From Takakia lepidozioides (taxonomy: Eukaryota; Plantae; Bryophyta): DNA of 64,000 nt. How positions within the stretch are numbered: position 1 is the stretch's first letter; the number at the start of each line of letters is the position of its first letter. The stretch covers positions 44,206,001 to 44,270,000 of the forward strand of contig CM060732.1 of NCBI GenBank assembly GCA_030704615.1, read 5' to 3'. The position numbers and the translations under genes are program-made. This document shows positions 25,951 to 37,800 of the stretch, in pieces. The notes below the pieces were generated by a model, which ran no database searches, was not told where the DNA came from, and saw only the letters and a list, made by a program, of their open reading frames with translations.

Positions 25951-27879
25951 AGTGCTCTGATTTTGCCATTCAAAAATCTGCTTAGGCTTGGAGCATTGTC
26001 TCATTTATCAGCCTGTAATATGGCTCTTGTAAGGTGACCTCAAATTACCTAAGGTGAGATCTGGCTCCTTGTTATTATGAATTGCGGCACTCTGAAGTGA
26101 TCACTCAGCGACTGAAGTGCTCACCTCAGCGGTATAATTTGGACAGATTTTTTTTTTCCAGTTTAAAAATAAATAAAGATAAAAAAATAACTATATTGAT
26201 ACCAGTATTGATATACCCCCAGTATAAGATTTGAAATTTGAAATACTGATACCATACCATACCAGGCCAAACAAAAACAATATACATACCAGACTGGTAC
26301 ATTAAAAGCTTAATACCTACCTTGATACCATTACCTGCTAGGTATGAAGGAGGCCTCTTCACCGACAATACCATACCCTGGCTGGTATGAAATGTTGATG
26401 ATACCGGTCCAACACTGGTCTCCACAACATAAAAGCATAAGTGTTGTGAGTGTATCAAGGTAAAAATTATTTTGAGAGGGGGGATGGTGAAAGTAGTGGC
26501 GAGATTTGGAGAGATGTGGGTGACGCCTATTGCGTGGTAGTGGGTTATGATATTGGATTGGTTGTATATTACTCTCTGAAGTTTAGGGTTTGTAAAGCAA
26601 GATTTGGTTGGGTAATGGGAGGTTGTCGGAGGGGTAGGAGTAGTGGTGGAGCTTGTGGCTGGTGAAGGGAAGGGATGTACTTTAGGTTAGTTGGATGAAA
26701 ATTAGTACATATATATCGTGTTGCTAGGGTGGATTGGGGGCTTGGTAGGTTGGATGAGTGCCGTGGATCGATGAATGGGGAGGAGGGGATGGATGAAAGT
26801 GTAGTGTTGGTGAGGGGATGTATTGAGTGCAGTGGATGCTCGGGTATTGACCGTTGTTAGGTGGTATGCAGGTGATATGTTCGGAGTTGATATAGTATGG
26901 GCAGAGGTCGGACCTTCGTTGGTAGTGAGGGGGGTATGTGGCAGGGGCGCATAGGTTGATTGTTGTGCCTTTCATGAGGGTGGGTGGCTTAGAAAAATAT
27001 GAATGAAGTGGTATAGTATGAGTTGGTACAACATGAGTGACGAAACTGATATAGGAAGAGAGTGGTGTGTAGGGTAGACGATTTAAAATGGTTGTTTGTG
27101 AGACATGGAATGAGAGGGTGTTTGTAATGTAAGATGATATGCAAGGAAGATGTAGATCGTTGTGTGAATGTGATTGAATTGAAGAGAGTAATGCTGGCAT
27201 TGGGATAGCACTTGAGCAATAAAATGAAAGCTGTGTGCTGTCTAGGATCTGTGGGCATCTAGCAAAGTATAACACACGAATTGTGGAAGTTAGCAGCCAT
27301 CTGCGAGAGAGTGGGATGTGAGTGTGCACATGGTGGCTCCAGTCAACATAGCCACAGGAGGATCTTAGGCACGTTGGAACTTGGAATGAGCTGAGCAGGA
27401 GCTGCCGCGGTGCTTTCAGGATCCTGGTTGTAGACTGAGAGTGCAGCCGTGGTGCCTTGTAGATGGTGGACACCGTCCCCAGGGGGGGGCCACCCGTTTA
27501 CTTGTAGTTCACAGTGTGAATGGGTAGCACGGCCATTTTGATCTGTAATTGCTGCACAGGGGGAACAGATAAGATTAGTTATGGGGAAGTGAGTGGGAGA
27601 GAGAATAAGGGGAAGTGCCATCATAGTGCTATTGGGTGATGTAGTGTAATCTCTGGTAATGATAGAGCGGCTGTATGGTGCCTGTAGTATGGTCAGTGAC
27701 AGAGTGGTGCTGAGAGTGTAAATTATGACAAGAGGAGGTGGGGCAAGGGTGGGTGCTAGAGGGATATACGGGGACATTAATCTCTGTACATTGTGATAGA
27801 GCTGGCCAGGAAATGCCAGTATTCTGGGTGTAGACCTTACAGGGTTGATATAGGAAAACATACACGAATATTGGGGGGG

Positions 27880-29820
27880 GTAAGAGGTTCCCTGAGTCTC
27901 GAGGAGCTTTGGTGTAGCTGGTTGCCGAGGCACGACCGAAACGGCTGCTGAATAGTCCGCCCTCGTCCAGCAGGAAGTTGCAGTATATCTTCGCCAAACT
28001 GAGGTTCCTGGTATTCAGCAGTATACAGAGAGGCCTGGGAACGAGGCTCGTGGTAGAGTCTGGTTGTGAAAACTCCATTAATAGCTGCAGTAGAATATCC
28101 GAGCTGGGCATAAGTGACAAATCTACATGATGTGGTATTTAGGTGAGCTCCCGTGTTGAGATATTCAGAGTGCTGGCTTGGGTGGCTTGGGTCGGTATGC
28201 CCTTCTCCAGAGCTGCCAAGCTGGCGCAAGCATTGAGAACGCAGACACATGTGACCTTGTCAGGGATTACCCCTCCTTTATCAATTGCGCATAGACCTCC
28301 AAAGCCTTCCTACCACACCCATAGTGGGCATATCCTGTGATCATTGCATTCCATGAGACCACATTTCGTTGACGTCTATTGTCAAACACTTGGGGTGCGT
28401 CATTTATGCTGCCACATTTGGCATACATGTCGACCAAGGCAGTGTCCAGAATGATATCTGGCTCAATTCCAGCTCTCATGATGTCAGCATAGACCCTGTT
28501 TGCCCTTCTCCAGGCCTGCCAGTCTATGGCAAGCCTTCATAACACCAACAGATGTAACCTGATTGGGTGTCACCCTTTCCCGAGTCATTTGATCATGAGT
28601 CTCCAAAGCCTCCCTCCCACAACCATGCTTAGCATATCCTGCTGCCATTATATTCCATGTATGCATGGCCAGCCTCAGGCACTGAGGCCGAGGCTCATCA
28701 AAGACAACATCTCTTTCAACTTGCCCACAGTATTTCAAACACGTCTGCTCGTGCAGCAGAGGGGACAGCATAGGGCAGTCGTTGAACATAAAAGGAAGCT
28801 GGGAGTCCAATCCAGCCATGTCGCGTACTTTACACCAGTATGGCATGCTATCATGTGAATCTGCCCAGGTTCGTTCCACCAGGAGCCTTCTCCAACTGTA
28901 AAATACACGGTCAGATTTGCAAGATAAAACGCAGCAGGTGTAAACGTCGAGTGAGCGTCCACTTTCAAAAATTCTGGTTGCTTGATTGGGCGGCGTGGGA
29001 TTGAGCAAGGAGTCGCATTCGACGGCAGCCTCCATTGCCTCTCGTTGAAATTGGCAGCAGCCACTCTCCCCTGTTGTCATAACTCCAACAGTATGGCTTG
29101 GTGCAGTAAACTCTCCTTTACACTCCTCTTTTTGTGCAGCCCATGGGGTCTAGAGTATTAAAGGGGTTTGTGGGCAGCTCAGAACTGCAGGCTCGCAAAA
29201 CTGAAGCCCACAGTGGGTATCTGTCTCCGACGGACACTGGGGCAGGACTCGTTGCAAATTCTAGTTGTGAGAACGCCTGCGGTGTTCACATACTGCGCAG
29301 GTTCATACTTGTCCATCCCTGCACCAGCCGCCCAGATGTTGGCGATGGACACTGGCTGAAATCACCTGGTTGAGGAAAGGCGTGTGAAGGGAGAGAGGAT
29401 TGAATGAACTGGGGTGGCGAAGACACAAGGAGCTGGAGATGGGGTCTTCCATAATGTTGTGCTGCTTCAGAGAAAGAGCCTCACGGATGCGGAGGCTGAT
29501 TTTGATGCCACAATCACCATACATATCCCTGTTCTTTGCACCAGCATGGCATGTCCCCATGCAGATCTGCCCAGACTCATTCCTCCAGGGCCATCCACTG
29601 CAGGAATGTGCCCATTCAGGCCATAATTATTCTCCACCAAGAACCACAACAAAGTATCCGGGCTGGTCTTGAACAGCAGATCTAGCTGGTGTATATTTCA
29701 AGTGAGCTCCCGTGATGAAATATTCTGGTTGCTGGTTGTGGCGACCTCTACTTGAGCGAGGATTCGCTTACAACGGCAGCACCCAATGTCCCTCTGGAGC
29801 CATGGTAGCATTGCTCTCCT
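27880..29820 (-). pseudogene. Degenerate PLS-class PPR gene fragments
   Basis: TWNIMAAGYAKHGCGREALE and LDTALVDMYAKCGSINDAPQVFDNRRQRNVVSWNAMITGYAHYG at 28267-28670, with frameshifts and stops. No E/DYW domain follows. Confidence 0.8.
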
Positions 29821-29933
29821 TCCTCCAGTTCATTGTCATGTGGTCCCTAATTAGGCTTTCTCATACCTACGCCAGGGTAGGGCATTCCTGTATATAACAT
29901 GCCTTTAAGGTCATCATACTTTACGGTGTACTA

Positions 29934-30478
29934 CCGTCCCTTATCAACCGTTTAGGCCTAATAATTATTTAAACCAAACAGACTGCTTGGGCACGTTTCT
30001 CAAACCATTTCTCACATAATGCATTTTCATGCTATAGTTTTTTGAATTAGGCACATGAGAAGTGCTATGTGTAGATGTCTTGCAAATCTGCACATTGACT
30101 ATGAGGATATCCCTGATCTCAATGTGGTGGACGAGGTAGATGGAGAGATCATGATGATTAGCGTGGAGGATGAATATGATGACATTGAGTCCATGCAGAG
30201 GCCTTTCCAAGTTACATGGAGCTCTCGCAAATAGATTGGAATTTGTAGGAAGTTATTCCCGCACACATATATTTGTATTGATTTTGTTCAATGAAATTTT
30301 CGTCTTATTACAAACAACATGAGAAGAGGCTTGAAAGATTTTTGCTGGAATTTTTAGGCATTAGGCACTTTGGTCCCATAATTTCCGTGCAATGAGGCCA
30401 AAATTTGAAAGATTCCCAAATCGTGTTAGGCACTTTCAATTTGAATTAATTATCGCCTAAACGGTTGGTAAGGGACTG
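29934..30478. mobile_element. Tc1/mariner-type MITE
   Basis: TA TSD at 29932-29933 and 30479-30480. TIR CCGTCCCTTATCAACCGTTTAGGC versus CAGTCCCTTACCAACCGTTTAGGC (22/24). Confidence 0.85.
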
Positions 30479-30715
30479 TATTTCAACTTGCACGAGGCAT
30501 CTACAAGCTGCACGAGGCCTGCAGTTGTGGAGGGAGCAGCATTATCAGAATCTAGGACATCTGGAATTCCACAGGATGCTCATCTTTTATCTCATTATTT
30601 GTGGATCAGTAATTGTCGATAGGGAACAGCATTCACACTTCTAATCAAAGGAGACGCAATGTTCCTAGAAGATCTTTGCTAGCTAGAGAAGATCAGGTGG
30701 AGCACCACTGCATGA

Positions 30716-33019
30716 TCACATCACAATTTCAGGCTTGAGGATGCTGGTCTTGATCTCTTTGTGAGGTAGCACCACACCTCCATTGCTGAGGATTTCATCA
30801 CAGACATGGACATCCTCTCCCAGCACAGTCATGTTCTCGACGCGAGCCCACTGTCCAACTGTGGAGTGCCAGCCAATTATACTTCCTGAAATGCAAGCAT
30901 GCTTCTTGACTCTCACACCCCTCATTATTGTACACCGAGAGAGCCGAACTCCGGCCTCGATCACACACCCTTGACCAATGGAAACATCCGGCCCAATCAA
31001 GCACCCTTCTCCGATTTGGGCACTCTCATCCACAATCACATTCCCCATGTAAGGTGACCCCGATGCTAGCATTGCTGGAGCCCTCCTGCTCAGGGAATCA
31101 AGGTACAGCCGGAGGCCTGTGATGTAATCCCGGGGCTGGCCTATGTCCATCCAAAACCCTGGTAACACCATGGCATATAGCTTGTTCTCAATCGCAATTT
31201 TTGGGAATACCTCTTTCTCAATTGAGGTTGGCCGGAGCTGAATCCGATTGAGGGTTTTTGGACTCAAAAGATAGATTCCCGCATTGATTTTGTTTCCCAC
31301 AAATTCCTGCGGTTTCTCAACAAATTTCTGCACCCTGCCTGTCGTTTCCTCCATCACCACCACTCCATACTTGGAAGGCTCGTCCACCTTAGGACAAGGG
31401 ACCAGAATCACAATGTAAGAATGTCTATATACAATTGTACAAGTCTGGGGTGTGAAAAAATGTGGAAGCGAGACATGCAATTGTGCACGGCAACGGTTAA
31501 AGAAATTGAGATAAGACCAAGACAGACAAATATACAAGTATTTCTGAAGTCTACCTTAGTGACCATAATTGTAGCTTCGTTTCCATGCTTTTTGTGGAAT
31601 TCAATCATTTGCTTCAAAGGGTATTCGCTGATGACATCGCTGTTCAACACAAAAAAGGCCTCACCAGATCCATCATCCAGCTTGTCTCTGGCCAAGGCCA
31701 GTGGGCCAGCTGTGCCCATTGGCTCTGTCTCTTGTGAGCATGTAATCTTGATACCCAACTTCTTCTCAAAGTCCCTTAGAAAATTCATCATCACCTGCAT
31801 CCATCAATATTTCCATACTTAGCCAACCTGTTCTCAAGAGCAGGTAGAGGAGGAGAGGGAATGGAGGAGAAGAACACTAGACCAACTCCAAGACTAAGCA
31901 CATTCACCAAATCCTTTTGGCTCAGCCTCGAGACTTTCAAAGTTGGTAAACAGAGGTACAGGCACAATTCCCTTGATAGATTTGAGGAGAGCGTCTCTCT
32001 GGTGAGAGTACCCGGACAGTGAATCAGGAAATGAATATTGTGTTCGGGTTGCCCACACAACTGGCAATTGCGCTCTCCCTTTCCTCTCTGCATCTGTTTG
32101 CTGTTCGAAGGTAGGCTTCCGGCCCCGAGTTAAAATTTCAGTCTAGTGCCGAGAGTGGGTAGACCCTTGAGGTCATCCATGATGTCCTCCCCCATGTCAC
32201 AGACTGGAAACAAGTTCAGGGAAGTTTTCTGCCTAATTTCATTTTCGTCAGACAATTTTCTGGTAACAGACATGGCTTTGGACACTTCAGGCTCTAAGTC
32301 AGATTTATCCAGCAGGGTCAAGACTTGCTTACCTTGAAATAAACAATTCATCCGGGTTTTCCCAATATCCTCTAGACATCCCTTTACACAAACATCAACC
32401 TGCTGTGCGTGGCTTGCCCAATAACTAGGCCCCGAAAAGGCCTGGGCCTTTGGCTCAGCCTCGAGACTTTCAAAGTTGGTAAACAGAGGTACAGGCACAA
32501 TTCCCTTGATAGATAGTGTGTCGAGGAAGTGTCCAATGAAAATGCCATACCTCTGGCTGATAATTGATAGCCAGAACAACCTCGTCTACTCCAGCTTCCT
32601 TCAGTGCCTCAATCTGCAGCAGAGGCAAGACGATTAGGCAAATCCCGAAACCGAAATGGTGAGCTTGACTGGTGCGGACGTTAGAGAGACAAATAGAGGA
32701 AGAATATGGATGGTGATCAATATTTCTGAGTGTGGGAGGTCCATTAGCGCAGACACGAGATCTGATTCATCTGAACCTTGATTACCCGGATCCGTTTGTC
32801 CACCTACAACACATTATCTCGAAAAATCCACGCATCTTCCAACCAAATGGAGACCCAAGATCCAGAAACCACGAAATCACGAAATACGGAACAAGCAACA
32901 GAACCCACCTGGTGAAGAATCATGGGTTTGTTAGCGAAGTCCACCAGGGGCTTCGGCACGCTCAACGTCAGCGGCCGCAGCCTGGTTCCGAACCCACCCA
33001 CAAGTATCAAAGCCTTCAT
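30716..33019 (-). CDS. CYT1: GDP-mannose pyrophosphorylase (mannose-1-phosphate guanylyltransferase), 361 aa
   Basis: Four exons with GT-AG introns: 33019-32909, 32613-32551, 31794-31555, 31387-30716 (1086 nt). [37 protein letters not shown]...EPMGTAGPL...[11 protein letters not shown]...KPEIVM matches plant CYT1/VTC1. Confidence 0.97.
31830..32514 (-). mobile_element. LINE 3' fragment in CYT1 intron 2
   Basis: RLKF*LGAGSLP...[18 protein letters not shown] zinc-knuckle region. An identical 66-bp direct repeat lies at 31916-31981 and 32449-32514. Confidence 0.7.
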
Positions 33020-33290
33020 TTGCAAGCTCTTCGAGCGATAGATGGCAAGATCTTCCAACCAACGCCCACCCGCACGCACAACAGGCACAGAGACAGAGAG
33101 GCAAAGGTGTGAAAATATACAGAACTACTTATAAAACAAGGGTACAATATGTGCTCAACGGCAGAGGCCACACATATGTATAGTATCTCACTTGTGAAAG
33201 AATGAATCACACTAAAAAAACAACATATTAGAAAAGACTCAAACTAAAGAAGCAAAGACTGTGGTAATAAGTTCATGCCATGTTCTCAGG

Positions 33291-33463
33291 CCACATTCAT
33301 CTCCCTTTTTAGTCTTTTACTGTCTGTGAGGAAAACCCAGAAAGAGAAGAGAAGGCTGCAAGCTCACGTGGGCGAACATGCCACATTCATCCCCCTTTTT
33401 AGTTTTTACTGTGTCTGTGAGGAAAACCCAAAAAGAGAAGAGCAGGCTGCAAGCTCACGTGGG
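33291..33463. promoter_or_regulatory. Duplicated ~85-bp block upstream of CYT1, each copy with a G-box
   Basis: CCACATTCAT...GCTGCAAGCTCACGTGGG occurs twice. CACGTG at 33365-33370 and 33456-33461. Function is inferred only. Confidence 0.4.
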
Positions 33464-34487
33464 TCGTGGGCGTCGTGCGAGCGATGCAGAGGAAGAAGGG
33501 AGGCGCACGTTTCTCATACCACTCTTCACGTTGTCATGCACCTTGACCTGTCTATCAAGCGAAAATGGGGGCCTCCAACCATTTTATAGCTCGGTGAACT
33601 CACATGAGTATGTCCAGACGTCAAGGTTGTGTGGAGAAAGGTCAAAGTGGGTTGGAAGAAGGATTTGCAGGCGTATGCCTGTGTGAATGTGGAGGATTTT
33701 CCCGAAAAAGGAAAACCGGACACAAAGTTCCTGGAATTGGTGGAACGATAGCTTCGACCACAAGTTTTTGGGTCCAAATTTGAGATGTTAGAGATTGAGA
33801 AAACGAGATTTACTTTTCTTAAAGTGGATAATTAGGAGAGCTTTCAGCTTGTTTGAGATCGCCAGCTCATGTAGTTATTGAGACTACTGGGAATCGTCAG
33901 CACAAGCTTCCCAGGACACTAACAGTATTGCTGATCGCTGCATTAAGTTATGCACAATTGTTTAATATACAATTGTTTCATACATGCTCCCAATTCTGGT
34001 CTCAAACTGTAGGCAATCGTGTTCTGAGGCGGGTGAGTAGGTGGACTGTCCTCAAACTTGAACTCCAACATGCTTGTTCTGGTGTGAGGGAGTCATGCAA
34101 ATGCCATATCAATCACTAACACAATCATACCCAAATACAATGCAAACACTAGGTTAGAAGGCCTAGGTTAGTGGCTAAGCAAGGCTCGAAATCGGAAGAC
34201 TTATGACGAAGCAAGGGCAGGGGAACAGTCAGAATGGCAAAGGCCAAGGGTTAGGCCTTACGACAGCAAGGGAATACCAAAGGGTATTCTGAGAGCAAGG
34301 GGGGGAATCCTGGGGGAGTATTTAGGAGGACCTCGTGTGAGACTCTGGAGGAGACACTGGCTTGTCCTAGAAGATCAAGGCTGAGCACACACTAGACAAC
34401 TGGACTTAGAGGATACTCCCTAGCAAGTGGAAAGTAGAGGATTCTAGGTTGGGTGGTTAACTTGCTCAGACAGTGTTGATGTAGAGA

Positions 34488-34618
34488 CTGGTTTAGTATC
34501 ATAAGACAGGACTGTGACACTGATTTCCTTCCACTATCACCAGAGTCTTGACTAGAGCCTGGTTTAGTATCATAAGACAGGACTGTGACACCGATTTCCT
34601 TCCACTATCACCAGAGTC
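34488..34618. repeat. ~60-bp direct duplication
   Basis: CTGGTTTAGTATCATAAGACAGGACTGTGACAC...CACCAGAGTC at 34488 and 34559. Confidence 0.85.
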
Positions 34619-34837
34619 AGTCAAGATTCCCCCTTCACTCATTGCCTGCTCTGGTCACATGCAATTATGGGCCGACTTCCCACCTATGCTGGGTAGACCC
34701 CTCTATCATTTCCTGTGGATATGCAACAGGAAATGCCCTCAACAGTACATCATGGTCAACAGTCTCAGGAAATGGTGGATGAACTGAGTAGCTACACAGA
34801 TCAGTGAATGAATCAAGACACTAGCGAAAACATCGTT

Positions 34838-37800
34838 TCACCAGTAATCCCCACGAGAACAAACCCCATCTTCAAAGTGGTGAAAGCGGTTAGCGTCCCG
34901 TACAACAATTGCTCGGCCAACAATCTCTGATATGAACTTGGTGGAGGTGTGGCAGTCACCACACACCCGAAGATTCTTGATGAGACGGAGAGGCATCCTA
35001 GGGGCAGTGCTGATCAGCCCAAAACCAATGGCCAGCTTCTCACTGTGGTGGCAAAGAGAAAATGCTTTTTGCTCCTTCTCCACATCATGCAATACAAAGT
35101 GTGTGTCAGGCACATACCCTGCCTCCTTCATCTGCCCAGACAATTTTCTCAGCTCAGCATGGATTTCCTTGATTTTGGGATGCAAGTTGTCATCTACAAC
35201 AAAGGTGTGCACCCTGTTGCCAACCTCAATGCAGCAGTGACCTGGATCCTTTCTAACCCCTCTGACCTTCATCATTTTTCTCACCTTTGCACTATCGTCC
35301 CACCTGCTGCGGCATAGATGTTTGATAGCAACACATACGTCGCGGCATTCTGTTCATCCCACTTGAGGATAGATGTTGCCGCACGTTCAGCCATCTCCAC
35401 ATTGCCATGGATTCTGCAGGCACCAAGCAAGGCCTTCCACACCACAACATCTGGTTTTATTGGCATTTTATCAATGAGGTCCTCTGCCTCATCCCATTGC
35501 CCTGCACACCCAAGAAGGTCCACCATGCAGCCAAAGTGCTTTAAACCATGATCTTGACTTAGGGAATCAAAGTAGCGTCTTCCTTCATCCAGTAGGCCAG
35601 CGTGGCTGCATGCAGAGAGAGCACATATAAAGGCGATACTGTCCGGCTTCAAGCCTTCCTTTTGCATTCCTTCAAATAATTGCAGGGCATCCCTATGACA
35701 TCCATGTTGGGCATATCCTGCGATCATTGCGTTCCACGACACCACATCTCGTTCAGCCATATTGTCGAACACTCCCTTTGCATCCTCAATGCTCCCACAT
35801 TTGGCATACATGTTCATCAGAGCAGTGTTCAGAACAACATCTGGTACAATTGATGATGTCACCATAAACCTCCTTTCCCTTTTCTGCGGCTGCCAGGCTC
35901 GCACACACATTGCAAACGCAAACAAACGTGATGTGGTTGGGCTTCACCCCTTCCGCCATCATTTGCTCATAGGTCTCCAAAGCATTCCTACCATACCCAT
36001 GTTTGGTAAATCCTGCCATCATTATATTCCACGTGATCAAACCTCGTTGAGGCATTCTGTTGAACACTGTTAAGGTGCCTTCATGCAGTGCCTGATTTTA
36101 ACAATTGTGCTGCTGCGTCCAGTTGACCATCTACCCATGCGGGTTTCTTGTAGCTATCGATCCACAGGGAATCATAGGTGATCTTGTCCTTCAAACCCGG
36201 TCCTCTTGGGTGAATCTGGACCCACACTTTATCCCTGCTCCTTAAGCAATCCCGGCCTCGGCGGCAGTCGTGTATAGATCCTTGTCTTGCTGCTAGCAGC
36301 TAACAATGACAGCCTAGATTTGTTCTAGCAAACACCCCAACCCTACTCATCACACACTAGCTCTATGCTGAATTGCTCCCAGGACTTAGAAAAATGTGCG
36401 GAGGAGAGAGAGGATGACAATTTCCAGCAATGATTTGCATTGCATCTTGTTGTCTGCTTCTCTTTGTGATCTAACAGGCAGTCACCTTTTTGCTTTGATT
36501 GTCCCACCATTGACTGGGGTCGGATAAATATTCAGTCCAGAGCTCCTCGTCTCCGTTAGTTGTGTTTGGATACTTTCCTGCTGCCACATTGGCAGTAACA
36601 TGTCAAAATCACTCCGAACCATCATAGATCCACCCAACGAGCTTACTTGCAGAATTCAACATGAAAAAGTAGGGACGACTCCGGTAAGACGGCAAAACAG
36701 GCTGAAATGTGTTGAAGGGGAAGGTGCCCTCACCACAGTGTCCTTGACCTTGTGTCATGAAAGCAGCTAGCTCTTCTTTCAACCATGGAGGATTCAACCG
36801 ACCATCAACCCAAAAGGACCTCTCATGTGTGCTGCTTGTTTTTGTAGTCAGGTAATCTCGAATTGGTCTGTGAGGAGAACCACCACGGTGCGCCTGAGCA
36901 GCCATAGATTTAAACTCGAGATCACCTGACTACAAGGTAAAAAAGGAAAGGGGGTTCAGAAAGCCACAGAGGTTCCATAGATTGAGCACATAAAGGCATA
37001 CAGGGCTTAGTACAAACCAGATGCAAGCTCTGGCCTCTCCCCTACCGTGTTGCTTGAAAGTGTACATATCAGAGTAGCAAATCGTGTTCTAAGCATGAAA
37101 AAAGAGCATATATTTGGTCTGGAAACCCTACTTCTAGTACCATATTTCACTGCAGCGGAAATCATAACCCAGAATCCTTAATAGAATTCATGTGTTCTAA
37201 AAAGGCTCACTAATGCACTTGCTGCTTCAACAGAGATAAAGGTTGTAAGCATATCCAGATTGGTCAAGGTAGGGAGGCAAAAATGAGACAAGCTGACCCT
37301 CCCAAGTACCTTGTAAACACCAGGAAACTAGCAGAAGAGTCCAAAATTTGCAGGATGGACAAACTTTTTCACATTGTACATTAAGAAAGCCACACCTTGC
37401 GGTTGCATTTGTCCCATCATTGAGAAGGATCTTCATGCCAGCTCTACTCCATGCTCCACAGTAGACCTTTGTGCTCGAAATCCCACAGCATCAAAATTTT
37501 GACAAATTCCCTTATGGAGGAATGCTAGAGAGCTTTCAACAACAATCATGCAAGTCATTTTGGGCTCCATTAGACTCTACACAATGAGAAACATTCGAAC
37601 ATGTCCAAACTTACACACATGCTAAACCTGCTAAACCAGCTTAAGTCTGTAGTCTCGAGATTTTGGAGTGGTCTGTGAAAACGACCAGGGAGCAGCTGAG
37701 CAGCCACAGCCTCAAGTCCCAACCCTCCCAAGTACCTTGTGAACTCTAGGGGAAAGACCTTGCGCATCCTACTTTCATGCCCTGCTCAGGAAGAACAACC

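Larger units (their letters stand above)
20379..26417 (+). mobile_element. Full-length hAT DNA transposon with decayed transposase
   Basis: Perfect 17-bp TIR CAGTGTTGGACCGGTAT (20379-20395, 26401-26417). Perfect 8-bp TSD GTCTCCAC (20371-20378, 26418-26425). Subterminal GGTAT/ATACC repeats at both ends. Confidence 0.95.
18985..27170 (-). mobile_element. Decayed 5' part of a Dualen/RandI-like LINE, split by a hAT element and a MITE
   Basis: Pieces at 26426-~27170, 20343-20378 and 18985-19937. Removing the two insertions restores one frame: LTTLMLLCCGDIHPNPGPTTISELMKLPTDVQNKYALYFQLDTTSL. A pre-RT-linker-like segment LYKHPKSAHKAIF...LLTKPDDIQ lies at 18985-19281. The outer (left-strand 5') boundary is approximate. 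Confidence 0.65.

Noticed and set aside
34838-37452. Rescue of the PDF-PPR-DYW gene by RNA editing (CGT for Cys in CSRGDYW, TAG for Gln)
   Set aside because: The gene is nuclear with spliceosomal introns, and it also has frameshifts that base editing cannot repair.
36609-37767. ORF-track peptides MAAQAHRGG... and MRKVFPLEFTRYLGG... as a repeated protein domain
   Set aside because: The similarity comes from duplicated intron 3' sequence preceding the PDF exons; the real exons start at the CACAG acceptors (37672, 36867).
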